From Setoptus koraiensis (Eukaryota; Animalia; Arthropoda), in the NCBI GenBank assembly GCA_048013815.1, contig CM106586.1, positions 186,001 through 250,000 on the forward strand: a DNA stretch of 64,000 bases, read 5' to 3'. Under the pieces are notes generated by a model that was not told the DNA's origin, made no database searches, and saw nothing but the letters and a program-made list of their open reading frames with translations. Position numbers and translations under genes: made by a program. The first letter of the stretch is position 1. Every line of letters starts with the position of its first letter. This document shows, piece by piece, positions 1 through 15,400 of the stretch.

Positions 1-112
1 GAGGTTTACAGTAATGTCTGCTGAAATGCGACAAGGTTGAAATGCGACAGATCTCTCTCTGCGCACGGTCAGTGGGTTAAATTCAGCGGGAAATTTGAAT
101 ATTGATCGTTTT

Positions 113-613
113 NNNNNNNNNNNNNNNNNNNNNNNNNNNNNNNNNNNNNNNNNNNNNNNNNNNNNNNNNNNNNNNNNNNNNNNNNNNNNNNNNNNNNNNN
201 NNNNNNNNNNNNNNNNNNNNNNNNNNNNNNNNNNNNNNNNNNNNNNNNNNNNNNNNNNNNNNNNNNNNNNNNNNNNNNNNNNNNNNNNNNNNNNNNNNNN
301 NNNNNNNNNNNNNNNNNNNNNNNNNNNNNNNNNNNNNNNNNNNNNNNNNNNNNNNNNNNNNNNNNNNNNNNNNNNNNNNNNNNNNNNNNNNNNNNNNNNN
401 NNNNNNNNNNNNNNNNNNNNNNNNNNNNNNNNNNNNNNNNNNNNNNNNNNNNNNNNNNNNNNNNNNNNNNNNNNNNNNNNNNNNNNNNNNNNNNNNNNNN
501 NNNNNNNNNNNNNNNNNNNNNNNNNNNNNNNNNNNNNNNNNNNNNNNNNNNNNNNNNNNNNNNNNNNNNNNNNNNNNNNNNNNNNNNNNNNNNNNNNNNN
601 NNNNNNNNNNNNA
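113..613. other. Assembly gap (~500 N)
   Basis: Continuous run of N. It truncates the MCT-like CDS and creates spurious X-filled ORFs. Confidence 0.99.
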
Positions 614-949
614 AATACGCGCAATACCATAAGTGGTGCCATTTAAGACAAACATGACGATTAAAATGACCCAAGCGTAGCCAGAGTCGACATTTTTCAT
701 TTCATTCATTGCGTCATCATTGTTTGCAGTGGCCATTTCCAATGATTTTGTTACATCAATATCACTATCAATGCTATCGGCCATTTTTCGCTTGCAATCC
801 CAAATTGGTTGCACGTTATAGGTCGTGGTTGTTCTTATTCTGTTTGTCGTTTCATCGTTGTCGCCATCTGTACCTTGCTCGTTTGTCATATTTATGGTGC
901 TTGAGATAGAATTGACACAACAGTGTCCCCTGTATTTTGTTTCCGACAT
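614..949 (-). CDS. Monocarboxylate transporter (SLC16/MFS) family, N-terminal fragment truncated by the gap
   Basis: ATG at 949. VDSGYAWVILIVMFVLNGTTYGIARI matches the PDGG(W/Y)GWVV TM1 signature of SLC16 transporters. Confidence 0.75.
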
Positions 950-3900
950 GAATCACTATTTCAATTCACTATTCACAAGCAACCTTTAATATGTTCTTTT
1001 TGCTTTTAAGTTTGTTAGTCTGGCGCTTATAATGAGGCCCGTACAAGCTCGCGCTAAAAATCTACGCAGGCACTTAGATGATTCGCAAAAGTTTGATTTC
1101 TACCAATCCGATCAAACACTTGTTTCACTAATGCTACTATTGAAACTACCAAATTACTACTCGATGAAACTCATTCAAGCCGTCATTGATTGATTTTGTC
1201 AATTTGTATTTGTCTTTCGCCTTTGCTTTTGCTTTACTCTCATTTAACACATTGCTACCTGTCCACCAATCAGCTGTTTAGTTCTTTGTCAAGACAGTTA
1301 AGCTGGCTGGTGGGTGAACCAATTGAATAGAACATAAGCTCTATTACTGAGTCGCAGATGCAATATGTATTACCTGTATGAACAAAATTTGCTAGACAGC
1401 GGCAATCAAATAAGACCTAATAGCAGTGATAGACTCAATCTCAGATACTTTGATGAGATTCAATTTAGACACGATTTTGTTAGTTGGTTTGTTTGTTTCA
1501 AACGGCTCGAAAACTAAACCAATTATCGCTGATTAGGTTTAATTCATTTTCGATTCGACCATGATCTTTTGAGTGCTTTTGTAGTGAATTGATGTTATTA
1601 TTAGCAATGTGAGTTGATTATGATAATGTAAAAAGTTGTTACAGTTATTGTGCTACTGTATGGTCGTCAAAGATTTAATATATACAGATACAACTATTGA
1701 AACAAATTATACGACAACACACATGCTTGTCTGCCTGGTGAAATACTACTGTAATCATCAGTTATAACCTTGGCCTTGGACTTGGCCATGATTGTTGTTG
1801 ATTTGTCTGCCAATGAAGGACCGGAAAACAGAGAAGAAAATATTCAAATTGTTTGTGCAATGCAATACAATTGCAATCAAAAGTCAAGCGTCTAGTGTGT
1901 CTGGTGTGTATAGTCACTATATTCACTATAGTGTCAGGTGACTAATGATTGATGATTGGAGGTGACAAATATGATCAATGATACAATAATGCATCTATGT
2001 ATTGCAGTATAATTATTATCGTAATTATTTGTTTGTTTGTTTGTTCAACACTTATATTATAATGATTGCTATGATTGTAATTGGTTTGTGCAAAATGACA
2101 CCAGAATAGATATAAATAGTAAATCAGCCCCAAACATTGGAGGCAATACATGTAATTGCTGTTGAGTTCAACAACAACATTGGCAATGGTAACATTAGGT
2201 GACAACAACAAACATTACGCACCAAATTTTATTAATCATATGCTCATCACGGATGAACTAATGACGAAATGACGTAATATATCTAGACGATGATCATTGT
2301 AGGTGCAGCTCAACAATTTAAGCAAAAGTACAAACAGATTACTGGTGTCACCATTAGACAAATAAGCAACAACAACAAAAATTGTGTCATGCCATCAACA
2401 AGCTAACAAGCCAGCGATATAATCATCAACAACAAAACAAACAAAACTGTTCAGATTATCCCCATTCGAGAGCACCAGAAACAAGCAGCGAAAGCGCCAG
2501 AGAATTGTCCATGATTTTGTTGTTGTTGATTTTTCTTTTTGTTGGCCTCTCGTTTCTATTGTAACTCATAATAGGTATGGTGCAATGATGCGTTGGTATC
2601 CTGTCTGTATACATATTCAGAGACAGAATGGAGATTTTCTCTCAGGTGAATGGAAGTGAATCGAGACACAACTACCTTTTACGAGTGCTAGAGCCATGTG
2701 TAAACGGTCGCACTGTGCAATGAATAGTGATAATTACTGCAAACATCTTCTATCTACTGCTGAATAAAATAGCAACATACATAATTGAGGACATTTATTA
2801 TCTGTTGAGAGGGTATACAATATCAAAAAGAAAAACAAAAATTCACCCATTTGTTCCTGCTGTTGAATGGCACTAGCTTGCCGTTCGACTGGTCCAGGTG
2901 ACTGGCTTGACTGTTTCGCAGTTGCTGTAATGTTATGTTATCTTTAGATTGGGCCTTGCACACCATCAGATACATTTAATGGTTATTACTAATGGTTGCT
3001 AATGAGGCTTAAACCTTATCTCACAAAGGCAACAACAACAGCAACAAAAAGAGTATCAAACAAAGATAAAACAAAAGCTCAATCTAACACATAGAGAATA
3101 TCATTAGTTTTAATCGAGATTGCTCCCCTTTCTCCTCGCCAGAATAATGCTACTAACACCATTGCTGTCGCTATCACAACTCAGTAAATTTAGTATGAAA
3201 TTTCGAGGATCACTTGGACAACTCGATTGCCATTGCTAATCGTCACTTTACCACTATCAGTTGTGCTGGGATTAGATAAAATAAAATAAAATAAAACAAA
3301 AACAGCAACAACAGCCTTCAATGATAAAGCCACCATGATAAAACATTTATGACTGTAGTCTAACATGTATAGTCTAGAATTGAACCGGCAGACACAAGCG
3401 AATGATCAAAGAATAGCCAGACGTTCAAGAGGGGATACAAATGGCTAAGCAACAAATTTAATGATATTACGCTGTGTCCCTCTCTCGAAACCAACTCAAC
3501 TATGTTCGAAAAACTCCGCTAAAAGCATCCTTGTGTCACACAAACAGAAATGATGTATTTGTCAATTGCATGCTGGTGCTTACATAACTACTCACAACTA
3601 GGCGAATCTCTTCACTGGAACTCTTGGATTTTTGCTTTAATTCTTCAGATCGAGTTCACTATAGACAATTATAGAGAAGCCAAGCGATCGACCCCATGTA
3701 CAATCCTATCAGACACACGTACAACTCCATACAATCAGATAAGAATAGACACCTAGCAATATTTCGTTTCGTAATATCACGACAGATTGTCTGGCTGGCT
3801 GGTGAGTTTGAACTCACTTTGCCTGAGTCAATGTTTGCACAGTTCAACGGATCCGTTTGTCCAATCAAAAATACACCTGTATTAATGAAAGCGACTATTC

Positions 3901-6900
3901 AAAGGAGCGAACAAATCGATGAAGACAACACCCTGTCGGTCTGTTTCAATTCTTTTATCACTCACCTTTTGTTTGTTTGTTTCGTTGCGAGTTTGAACTT
4001 TCGGAATTGTTTCAGTGCCGTTAGATATATCTGTCGTGGTGTTGTAACTTGTGATTGCTGTAATATGTCACCCACTACAAACAAGTGAGTTATGGCGACA
4101 GGTCCTCTGATGGTCACATTTTTGAAGCGAACTAGTGTCATGTGTGGTCGATGACGGATTAATAATAGAGTAGAGAGTTTGATAGATGCGCTCAAACGTA
4201 GCTCAATGGCGCCCTTAAAATATAAATAAAATGCAGCAACTATTTACACAGACTGCACCATGTCTCGAATATTAGACGACTTCTCGAGTCATTTCTTGTC
4301 ATTCGGGTCTTTTCATATCAGCTTAGGGTTGGCCAGCTAAAAAAACTCACCAACCAACCCAAGTTATGGCCTCTCATTCTATTTCATTGTGCAGCTTATG
4401 ATAGATCGCCTGATACGCCCGGCATCAACACGAACAAGATGATCTTTTTTCTCCATTCATTAAATGACCATGTCTGCACGAAATTTTCCCAGCTACCGCC
4501 ACAACATTCAAGAGAAAATCTAGCGAAATCTTGGACCGTGGCCTGGAAAAATAAGATCTCAACTTCAGTGCGAACTACAATGGCCAACTGGCGAGTTATC
4601 CCCAATAGAAAGTAGAAAATCATAGAATAATATGAGAAGGCAATGAAGAGTAATACTGAAATGTCATCTCCACGTTTGCACAATATTTCCTATTATTTCA
4701 TCATTCTAAGGCTGCCCTGTAACTATAGCAACCCCCATATAATATTCTTCTTGACTTGTGTATCGTGATGCGCAGCTCATAACACTTATACATCAGCCTA
4801 GCTCTGTCATATATGAAATGATTTGGACGAAATCGTTAATGTTCATCCAATGTCTTAGTTTCTCAGTCTCTATTTGAAGCGGAGATATTTATCACTAGAA
4901 ATAAACACGGGCTAAATCTGAGAATTTGGCCTTGTCATTCGAAAAAAACGAAGGCGTAGCTTTGATGATTCTGTCGTTTGTTATTTGTGCAACAAACAAA
5001 TAATTCCTCAGCGTGGCTCATCTTTCTAGTACTCGCCTGCCTTGCCAGTACATACTGCTATCCTGATCATCGTGGTCACCATAATCACGAGACGATATAG
5101 ATGGAATCTATAACATTGAATGATGAAGCCATTGCAAGCGAACAAGACTCAGAATCTATGCAAATTTACAAGGAAAAATTGGTATCACTACGATGGTCGA
5201 CCAGCGCGACCGCCTCTAAGCTATTATTATTTATGCAGTCAATATCATTTCAATCATATTGCCTTGCTCGATCATTAGCATGTTGATAGGACGATCTGAT
5301 TTCTTCGATTGAATTTTGTTTGCAATATGGATTTCAATTCATTATACTTGTTGTTGTGCGAAGCAAAACTAATGAATGCAAACCAATAATTATCTTGCTC
5401 AAAAGAAATGACGCACGAGTGGAGATAAGAGAATAGTCAAAAATCGTACTCAGTTTAGTATGGTAATTATATATATTCGCACTGATCCAATGTTTTCTAC
5501 TAAAGTCAAGACGGACATTGCAAGCAGTCTTCTGTGGCACCGAATTGTTGCGATTTCAAGAATTCTGGATTCGACTGGATGAAATTGCCTTATTTTCTCT
5601 TGCACACAATTCATTCTCAACTTGTTCATTTTTCGACTACTACTGTACACTATTAATATTGTTTAATGGAACTTCCCCAGACTTGTATCTTCAAATAATG
5701 GACCCATTAAATTCAAGTGAAATCTCTTTTCGCCCCAAAGAATCTGGAACTGCGTCTCGGTATGAACAATGTCTCGTAGAAGTTTCTTGAATCAGTCGAG
5801 TTATAGGATTGGCACGGGTGATTCTATATGTCAATAATGAAAATCTTTGCATTGCGCGAAAATTGTCTGAAAAGAAAATTGAAATGTTTTCTGGATGGAG
5901 ATACATGTTTCAGTAAGAATATTGCGGAACTTCGGGAATAGAATCGAGATGCTAACTGTCTGTCGACAGCGTGCACCATGGTACTATAACATATAGTTAG
6001 GATATGGGAAAAAATCTCGAAGAAGTCGTATGAGCTTAGCTCTGATAGAGAGACTACTACCGCTGCCTGATTGCAGAACAATCAACCAATCACTAGAGCC
6101 AACAGAATTAGTGATTATCGATAGAAATTATGTGATAACCTAGATTTTTCGGAACCAGGTAAATATGGTCGCAAAATATAGTTATACTAACAATATAATA
6201 GTATAATACGTATATAATATAATCGTATAATACTTATTGCAGCAGTGTAAGAGTTATGGCAATAGTAATTGTTTTCTACTAACCATTCTTTTTATCTTCT
6301 AAGGATTATATTATTATATGATTGTTTCGGTGCACATAAGTTGCATGCGCTAAATTACATAAATGAGGCACAGTTGTTGGTGGTGAGATGGCTAAATGAT
6401 GTTTTGAATGATGAGCTTTTTTCTATTTATCACTAATTGTAGTGATCACTACTGTTATTCTTCTTTTTTTTCCTCAAATGTTCATAGTTAATTGCACATA
6501 TTACTCGCATGAATTACATATCGACCATGTGATCAATGCTGTTTTTGCATGAGGCTATATGACTTGATCTGAGAAGCTTTTTAAAGATATTTGACAATAC
6601 TATTGGAGCATGATTTTAATGAAATTTGTGCTTGACTTCGATTATTCCAATGAGGCAAAAGTGTGGTGGCGCCTGATTATTGCTTTACTGTTGGGAACAT
6701 TCGTGTTTAACTTTTGTTTTTCATGGAAACACTGTGAGGTCTAAAGTTTTCATGCAATGATTCTTTTTGCACAAAATACAACGACGGGACATAAAAAAGA
6801 TACAAATAATTGCAACGGTGAAATTCGCAGCACTATTGATGACTAATTGATGACGTGTGTTTAGATGGTGATAGGGTTAACTGGATGAGCGAGAAAAAGT

Positions 6901-7978
6901 AAATTGAGTGCAAAGTTGTCCATCCGTTAGCTGTAATAATTTAATCTAGCTTGACGGGCATGAAAAACAAACATCAATTAGATAACTTACGACCAACTAA
7001 CGCTTGTGACTGTTGTGTTGAAACAGATTTGCACTTGGTAATTCGGTGTTCGGTAGTTGTCCTCATTGACCTGTGACCTATGGTTGTGCTCACTAATTGT
7101 TTGTCGATATAAGAGAAATGCAACAACTAATGATGATGATGTAACTCTAACTGGAAAGCATGAACTCAGACATACAAGATCAGATATGAGCGCCCACGAA
7201 AAACACTTCTGGAAAAGGAGAGTTACATGAAGCAATCATTTTGTGCTGCGGATCAGTCTGGCGAGCTTGTTCTCTCATGGACACACCAGTACCCCATTGC
7301 GCGGGTGTAGCGCCTGCGCCTCAGAACCCAATCCAATTGCAGCAATTTCTTCTTGAAGCTGTCGCCAATCTCTGGCTAAGTGTCACGAAACCTGCGCACA
7401 TTCCAATTTCCTACACTTCCTCGGCGTGCATTTCATAGGACAGACATTTCCTAGAGCGAGTACCTCACAATCGTATATTATATTATATTATTACACCTGT
7501 ATGAAATTGAGATATTTTCATTCATTGCTATGAGGCGAGGCGAAAATTTTCATGGTTTTTATTGATCTAGTCATATTGAAGGATGTCTAACGCGGGACAG
7601 ATTCTGCGAATAACGAAAGATATCTCTCTAAAATTAGGATTAAGATTAGACTTAAGATATGCAACATCGTTGATAAAAACTACTTCATTCTCGATATATT
7701 TCTCGCCGGAAGATCATCGGATAAGAGCCCTGATTATTGTAGCACCTCACAATAGCTATCCGAACCACAATTAAGTGACATCCATTGGGCCTAGTCAATT
7801 CCATGTCCAATCTAAAGCTGAATATTTATATGCCGCAAGAGGAGGACCCGTCCTTCTGAACAGCTTACATCGTCTGTCCCATTCGATGTAGGCTCATCGA
7901 ATTCATGGTGGCCCCGTGCGTCTGTTTCGCCCAACAGACATAATAATGTGTTCCGTGGTGTCAATCAACTAGCAAGGA

Positions 7979-8252
7979 TAGAGTGGGGGTCTTTATTTTT
8001 CGTCCATCGCGGATTTTAGCGTGGTTTATTCCAAAGAATTTAAACCATTGGCTTTTATTTGGACGAAACGATTAATTCATTGTTCTTATTCTTTTTTTTT
8101 ATTTAAACCATGGTCTAAATGGTTAATATTAAACGAAATGGACGAAATGATTTTTATGTCGATTGGTTTAAACCAAATTGTAATAAAAACCATTTAAATT
8201 AATCATCGGTCGTGGTTTATCCCTTGATTCTAATGTAAAGACCCCCACTCTA
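7979..8252. mobile_element. hAT-type MITE, 274 bp, perfect 17-bp TIRs and 8-bp TSD
   Basis: TAGAGTGGGGGTCTTTA (7979-7995) and its exact reverse complement TAAAGACCCCCACTCTA (8236-8252). AGCAAGGA is duplicated at 7971-7978 and 8253-8260. The interior is AT-rich and non-coding, with recurring TTTAAACCA/GTGGTTTAT motifs. An 8-bp TSD and TAGAG termini are typical of hAT. Confidence 0.9.
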
Positions 8253-9690
8253 AGCAAGGATGTTGACAATTGTGATATCAATCGTTCCAATTCAGTAAGC
8301 TGCTCATCACCAGAAGTTATGGCATCCCCATCAGATTTTGCCGCAACCACCAGTAGGTCTGCCTAAAAAGATTGACTTCACCACAACAGCAAGAAAAACG
8401 TCATTGTCCATCTTTATCAGCATTACTTTTAACACATTTGCCATTAATCGAATACAAAATCAATATTAAAGAATAATATCTATGTGGATAATAATAGCTT
8501 TGCCATTGCCACGCAAATTGTCCAACGCAGACGTTCAATATTAAAGAGAGACAGTTTATCAAGCGAAGTTAAAGAATCTAGACTGGGTGCTTCGAGCGAA
8601 ACAAAAAGTTATGTAGAGCACGCCAATGAAACGACTCGGATCCCCACGAAACACTAATAATCGGATTTGAATAATTTTTTGTACAAGATGCCACCAAAAG
8701 ATACTGTGTGAATACAACCGGATAGACACATATCTGATGTGGAGCAATTATTTCTCTGTATGTGGGATGGCACAGGCGAATAAAAAAAGCCACCAACATG
8801 TAATTTAGTTTATTTTCATCATGCCACAATATGCATCAAAGTAGCAGCAACTTAAAAAGCTTTAGGTGTTTTTAAGATAAAATTACGTCATACGCACATG
8901 TAATTAATTGAGCGCAATTCATTTAAGCACAAGGCCGTTTGCTGTTAGTGGACCGGGCATAACCGTTTGTTATGAGTCCACTCGTGTGGGAAAATGTCAT
9001 TGTAAGGCCTTAAGTTTGGCAAGCTGAGAATAATGGTTTAGCGTGGATGACACAGAAGCACAATGAGAAATTACACTGCTATAATGATTGCAACGGCGTA
9101 GTCTAATGATTGCATGATGATCATGAAATGGACCTCGTTTTATCGAACCTTGCAAGTGATATCATCAGATAAATGACATAAAAATATGAACGTTTCGGGG
9201 TAACTGAAACTGTTGTGACATTACGCAAAAGTTATTACATGTAATATTAATTTATCAGTGTAGATCAGTAATGAAGAGGCAGGTTAGTGCGACTAACTCG
9301 TTTCGACATGATCTTGATTTGAGTTATTCTCTCAAATAACAAGTGTAAGTGACAAGATAAAAGATTAGTCACGACTGAGCCAAACATGTTGTCTCTCTTC
9401 CAATTAATAATGATGATACGCATAACAGATGAACACGAAGCGCAAGCAGATTGCAAAATTGTTCTTTCAATGAGCGACCACTGACGCTAAATGTTGAGCT
9501 ACTTCGAGAACCGGAAATTGTACGAACCCGAAAATGACATCAGTGTGTTTCCCATCCCCCTCATCTAGCTGAATGTCGAATCGAGGGTCTTTAATTAGGC
9601 TCTGTTAGCTCCACAGGAAGCAAAAAGTCCTGTAATGCAAGTTGATAGTTGAAAGTTAGAAGCTACAAAAATCTGATACACACAGTAATC

Positions 9691-9693
<3 letters not shown>

Positions 9694-9753
<60 letters not shown>
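9694..9753. repeat. (GA)n microsatellite
   Basis: About 30 perfect GA units. Confidence 0.97.
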
Positions 9754-9754
<1 letters not shown>

Positions 9755-12307
9755 AAACGAGCGAGTATCAGTTGTTATTGTTGAGGATGCGATAGAAGGA
9801 GCGACCGCATCTGACCCGCCTAGCCACAAATGCTGTCGGTGGCGCCAATCATCGCAATTGAGACGAGCGAGCTATCCAGCCAGCTAACCAACTAACCACT
9901 AGCTGGCCAGTGTAGTCTTGGCGGAACTACTGCGAAAAGAAACGGAGAGCGAGGGCGAGAGAGGAAAAGCGCATTGAGAATGTCTGAGAATGGCCTATTG
10001 TGGTCAGCCAATGGGAAGCGATTGGCCAAAACACAATTAAACTACAAATGGTTGGTCGGAGAGAGGAGTGAAAGAATTGATTGGATCATAATGAATGAAA
10101 GACATGAGAATGACCATACATCCAACAATAATAATACATGTAATATATAATAGATCCAAAGCAAGTATATGTTAGAGAAAGTTTATTCATTGTGGATGGT
10201 GTTTACAATAAAGAAAAGATTCACACAAGAATGGTGATATGAACAGTAATGCAGTTTATAAACATTCAAACAGAAATGATAAACTTGCAAGTTGCAACTA
10301 ACTGTAAGTAGCTTCTTCTTTTGCATTTTGTGTCTTGTCGATACACACCGGAAGTGGCGTGGTCGCCTGTCGCGCCCTTAACCCAGCCAATGTGTGTACA
10401 GGATCAAAGTGTATTGTTGCAATGGCTGCAAATGAATAAAAAGATAGTTTCTCTGCTAACGACTTGCTCTTTTCTAATTAGGCTAATGTGTTAATAGTGT
10501 GTGTTTGAATCATTTTAAATTTGCAAAAGTAAATTGTGAAAGTAAGCACAGTAGGCTATCTATATCTCTTACTGGTAATCATCATCATCATGAGCATCAT
10601 CTAGCGATGTTGCTTCTTTTTAAACAACTTTTCTTTTTACATATAGTGTTATCAACAAAGCTAGCCGCTCTCATACATGTAGCATGAATTTCATACAAAA
10701 ATGTCGGTGCTAAAGTGAGTGTGTGTGTCATCATTGAAAGCATTTGCATCGTAGACATGTCTGTAAGGCATCGTTATGTAATACTGACACTAATAAGTGA
10801 CTAATAAATTATATCATTATGCTAGCCATCATGTTAACCTGACTACAACTATCAAAAAAGACGACACACTCTTTGAAACTGCAAAAGTGATGTAACTAGA
10901 TGATGTAACAATGAACCACCCAAGCTGAAACAAGTAGTGAAACATGAAATAGAAGGGGTTTCATTGAATCAAATGAACATATCTAAAAAACAAGACAAAT
11001 CACAGGCCATTCAACATGAAGAGTGTCCCTCATGTCTTTATTATTATTAGTCACTATTAAGGTATGGCCTCTCTCTTTCTTTACTGCACCAGCAACTACT
11101 CGACCTTATCAACTGGCACCATCTCTATTTGTGATGCCTGCTCCTTTTTATTTTTATTTTCATTTTTATTTTTATTTTTAAACAAACTGCTTAACGAACG
11201 GCATTAACGTTAATACAATCATTGTATGCAAATCACTGCTGCAAATCTTCATATAATATAATAACTTGAAATCGATTTCGCTTTGGGCGTCATCGCTAAA
11301 TGTACAGTTAATTGTTTTTAGTTTTGCTAGTTAGCCAAACTATTGTAAGTATAGTGCAAGTTACAACAGTTTGCTTAATCATGAATCATGAGTCATGATC
11401 GCTAACAAGCAACATGTGAGCTTCGCAATTACAGCAACACTAACAAACCGCTAGTAATAGTATAAAACAATTCTACTGCACTTGCCACAGACTCCATCCA
11501 ACTAATTTAAATGCTCTTTTTCTGTCTTTTTCTGTCTTTTTCTCTCTCTTTTCATGCCTCCAAAAATCTAAATCATGCCTAGCTTGGCAGAGATGACACT
11601 GACAAATGACTTGTGAGTAGTAGGCTAATTGTTGAGTGCTTCGGCTAACGAATCATAACGACCAACTAGTATTTGCTAGTATTTGTATGGCTAGTATTGC
11701 ATAGAAGAAGAAAGAATTGAAATTAGAGTAGCACAGATAATTAGATTGTAACACATCACTTGTGGGCCTATTTCATTGTTGGCGCTGTTGCTTGATTTAT
11801 TTGGTCATGCTCATCATGTTGGGCTACCTGTTTGTGTGTTATGGCTAATAAACATCATGTATCCTGTAGCGAGACAAGAGAGTCGCTAGTTGTATGGCCG
11901 TGAGTCAAACAATCAATTGGCTAGTTACTTTCGATGAGGGTTACATACTAGCTATACACGGACAACATAAGCAAATAGTGGCTTTGCAGCAGCAGCAACA
12001 ACAACAACAACAACAGCAATAGCAACGCAAATGGAGTATTGTTGTCTTGAAAAGTATTCCACTTTGGCACACACCATTGTTAGTGGGCCAATAACCGGTA
12101 GCTCCATGTAACAGTAAGCTAAACAGTTGGTTGTGTGCACTAAAGAGAAAAGACCTAACGGTTATAATGGCAGGTAATACTTTTCATGATGCTTACTTAC
12201 CTTTTCACTATCTTATATTGGCAATTATCATGAATCATTGATGGTGATTGGAGTTGGTCATGAGAATAAAAAGTTGTTCTTCTCTTACTGGTTTCAATGA
12301 TCACTCC

Positions 12308-12411
12308 ATCATCTCATCTCATCTTATGCCTTCGCATTTCATCTCAACCATTCCCGTCTCATCTCGTCTCATCCCGTCTCATCTCATCTCATCCCGTCTC
12401 GTTTCGTCTCG
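12308..12411. repeat. Degenerate pentanucleotide repeat (TCATC/TCGTC)n
   Basis: Runs such as atctcatctcatc...gtctcatctcgtctcatcccgtctc. Confidence 0.85.
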
Positions 12412-15400
12412 TATAAGCGCATCTTGCCTGACTGATCTTTTGTCATGTCACCATGACAATAAAACTGCTGCGCTTCAACACACAACAATTGATAGACTGA
12501 CGATTTGATTTTGTCGGATTGGGCCAGCCGCTGCTCGAGCGTCATTGCATTGGCTCGCTCATGAGAGCCACTGTTTCTGATGTGACTATTCAATGCATTC
12601 GCACCATTGGCAACATCTTCAATTCATCACACAGCTACCGGTATAAGGGCACTTGTTGTTTATGTAGTTAGACAGTAGCTGACAGTGACCACAGGTATAA
12701 TCTATTATTTGAAAGCAGTGATAGTAGTAATAGCAGTGACAGTAGTAATAGCAGTGACAGTAGCGGTAGTAGCAGTGTTATTCAACAAGTAACTGTTGTA
12801 ACCAACATTCCGTTATCGTGATCGTGAGCAACAGGTTAAAACTGGATCACTCGCATTAGTGATTTGGTTCGATGAAGATATCAACAAAGACACAGTCAGA
12901 AACAGAAACAGAAACAGAAAGCGAGACAACGATGAAAGCAATTGTTATTGGGAGGCGCCATTCAATCAAATGAGTAGTTCCGTTTGAATTTACACTAAAA
13001 AAGAAACGCATCGATTGTCTAAATGAGTGATTCAAGCCAACACGGTAAATTGATTATTTTGCCCTGGGCTCAACATTGGCTTACTTATTTCAACTCATAT
13101 AACCTCAGTCAAATACAAGTTAAGCAACGGCAACAATTCCGACAACTCAATTTACTAACACTAACTTGTAAGAGATGACGGTAGCGTAGGCGATCACTAT
13201 TGCGAATTAGCAACATATGATCGAGCTCGTTGAATGCTGTTTAAACGAACCCAGTAAGAAGACGCTCATTTTCCATATAGAGTATTATTTGACAATAATA
13301 ATTATAATGATAGCAGAGCAGACAATGACATAATTACTAACTTTGTAAGTAGTAGTGAAGGCTCTAATATATGGGTTCAACAGTGGGCCAGTGTCGCAAT
13401 GTGATGCAACTAACAAACTGACTAACTAAACTGACTACAACTAACAAGTAAACACACTAACTTGTAAGGAATATGGTGTGCTGCTGCTGCTGCTGCTGCA
13501 TCAGATAGAAATACTGTTGTTTACACCTGTCGTTGTGTAACTATTGCTAGCAAAGGTGAGCACACATCGTTTACAGATCATAAGTCACTGGATAAGTCAC
13601 TGGCTCTCTCATGATTATGTGCGTTAATGTTGGTTTGATAGGTTGATTATGATTGTTTGCACTAGTAGTAGGAGGAGGAGAAGCAAACAAAAATTATTGT
13701 GCTATCATATTCTTGTTTGTTGCAAGCTAGCTGTAACCCATTTCTTCTTGCTGTCGAAAGGCGTATAATACATGTAACCACTACTAGCATCATCAGCGAC
13801 AACATTACGACAAATCACCTTGACCAGCACGACACATGTGGTGATACCATATAGCCTACATAAGACACTTGTGTTAGCTCGCCAACAATTGTTGCACCAA
13901 TAGGCGCAATTTGAGGAATTACACCTGTCGCTGGTGAAGTAAACTCGCATACTTGCATGCATAATGCATGTTGAGAGTTGAGATTTATATTGAAAATTAT
14001 TCGTGTCATCATGTGTTGTGAGTGGCTATCAAATTCAAGAAGAATCTTGTATGTTGAGCTAAATGCACTTGTTATTTTAGCATAAACACCAATAATTTTA
14101 TGCTTTGCGATCTAATGTGTTTATACAGTTTTACCACTATACCTAGACTTTATGTCATGCAAGCGCAGTTATGTATGACATGTTGCTTATTATTATTCAC
14201 ACAGGTATTCAGTTCAATCACGGTACTGCTATTACTTGATGATGATAAGACTGGACTGTTGTTCTAGTGAACATGACATGACCATTGATCCATTGGAGAC
14301 CCCCACCGATTGGTGGCCTCCAAACATTTTAAGTTGCTGTATTGTTGTAGAAGGCAAACAATAGCTGAAACAAGAACCATGAATAACGTTCACAAAACAA
14401 GTGTAAACTTCTCACTACTATCTAGTGAATGTTATATTCAAATATATTACACCACAACACCTATAGTAAACGGTGTAAGCACTAGTGAACAAATCCGTAC
14501 AGTCTGTCAATAATTACTTAATCTGTCTAATATATCAAATTCTCAATCAATAACTAATCATCTCATTTGTTTGATATGTTGCAACAACTTTTTTGTTTGT
14601 CTTGAGTTCAAGCTACTATGGCAACTGCATACATGAGAGCTATTCAAATGGATTATACAACAATAAAACAATTGGTAACCGTGAGCAATAGCTGGACCAA
14701 TGGTAATTCTCGTTTGTCTTTCTGTAGTATTGCCAGCTGTAACTTTACAGTTACTACCAGTGATTAGTGAGCAGAATAAGCCCAACAAACATGATAAACA
14801 GACCAGATGTAAGAATATCTTATAAATATAACACTAGAGCTATTCAACATGATGAATGGCTCTTGTCTAGGCGCCGTTCAACTATTGTTGATGGTCACTA
14901 TGACAGAGCGACAGCGAATATAAATAAATCTAAGTGAACCGTTAATCTCGAGCCGTGCTCAACGTTAGCTTTGTGAGCTCATGACTATATGGCACCAACA
15001 AGTAGTTGTCTCAACATTTGAGTTACCAAGTCCGGAGTGCATTGGCAGTGGCAAGGAAGAAAGAGAGAGAGAGAGACACGTGATATAAGCGAGCTTACGG
15101 GAAAGAAAATAAAAGAAAAGCAATTATATAGTTATAGCAAGTAAGCGAAACAGTTGAGCTTACACATCGGCAAGTTCGAATGGGATCGACGGATTGGACC
15201 ATAGATCGGACAATTTGGGGTAAAGACAACATTAGATTGAATGAGGAGGGATGCGCTGCTCGGTAATGCCATGAGAGAGGTTATTGCTCATTAGTTTGTG
15301 GTTTAGTCACCACGACAACAACAACAACAACAACAAGTGGCACAACAAACAAACTGAACATACAAAGATGAAAACGGAGAAAAAAAACTACAGCAAGAAA

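Noticed and set aside
69-674. ORFs spanning the N gap (69-674, 95-646, 102-632)
   Set aside because: They are open only because N codons contain no stops.
4324-4336. TAGGGTTGGCCAG, resembling a hAT/Blackjack terminus
   Set aside because: No inverted partner or TSD was found by eye.
5275-5375. Minus-strand KYNELKSILQTKFNRRNQ, faintly gag-like
   Set aside because: Too short, bounded by stops, and no RT/integrase motifs or LTRs nearby.
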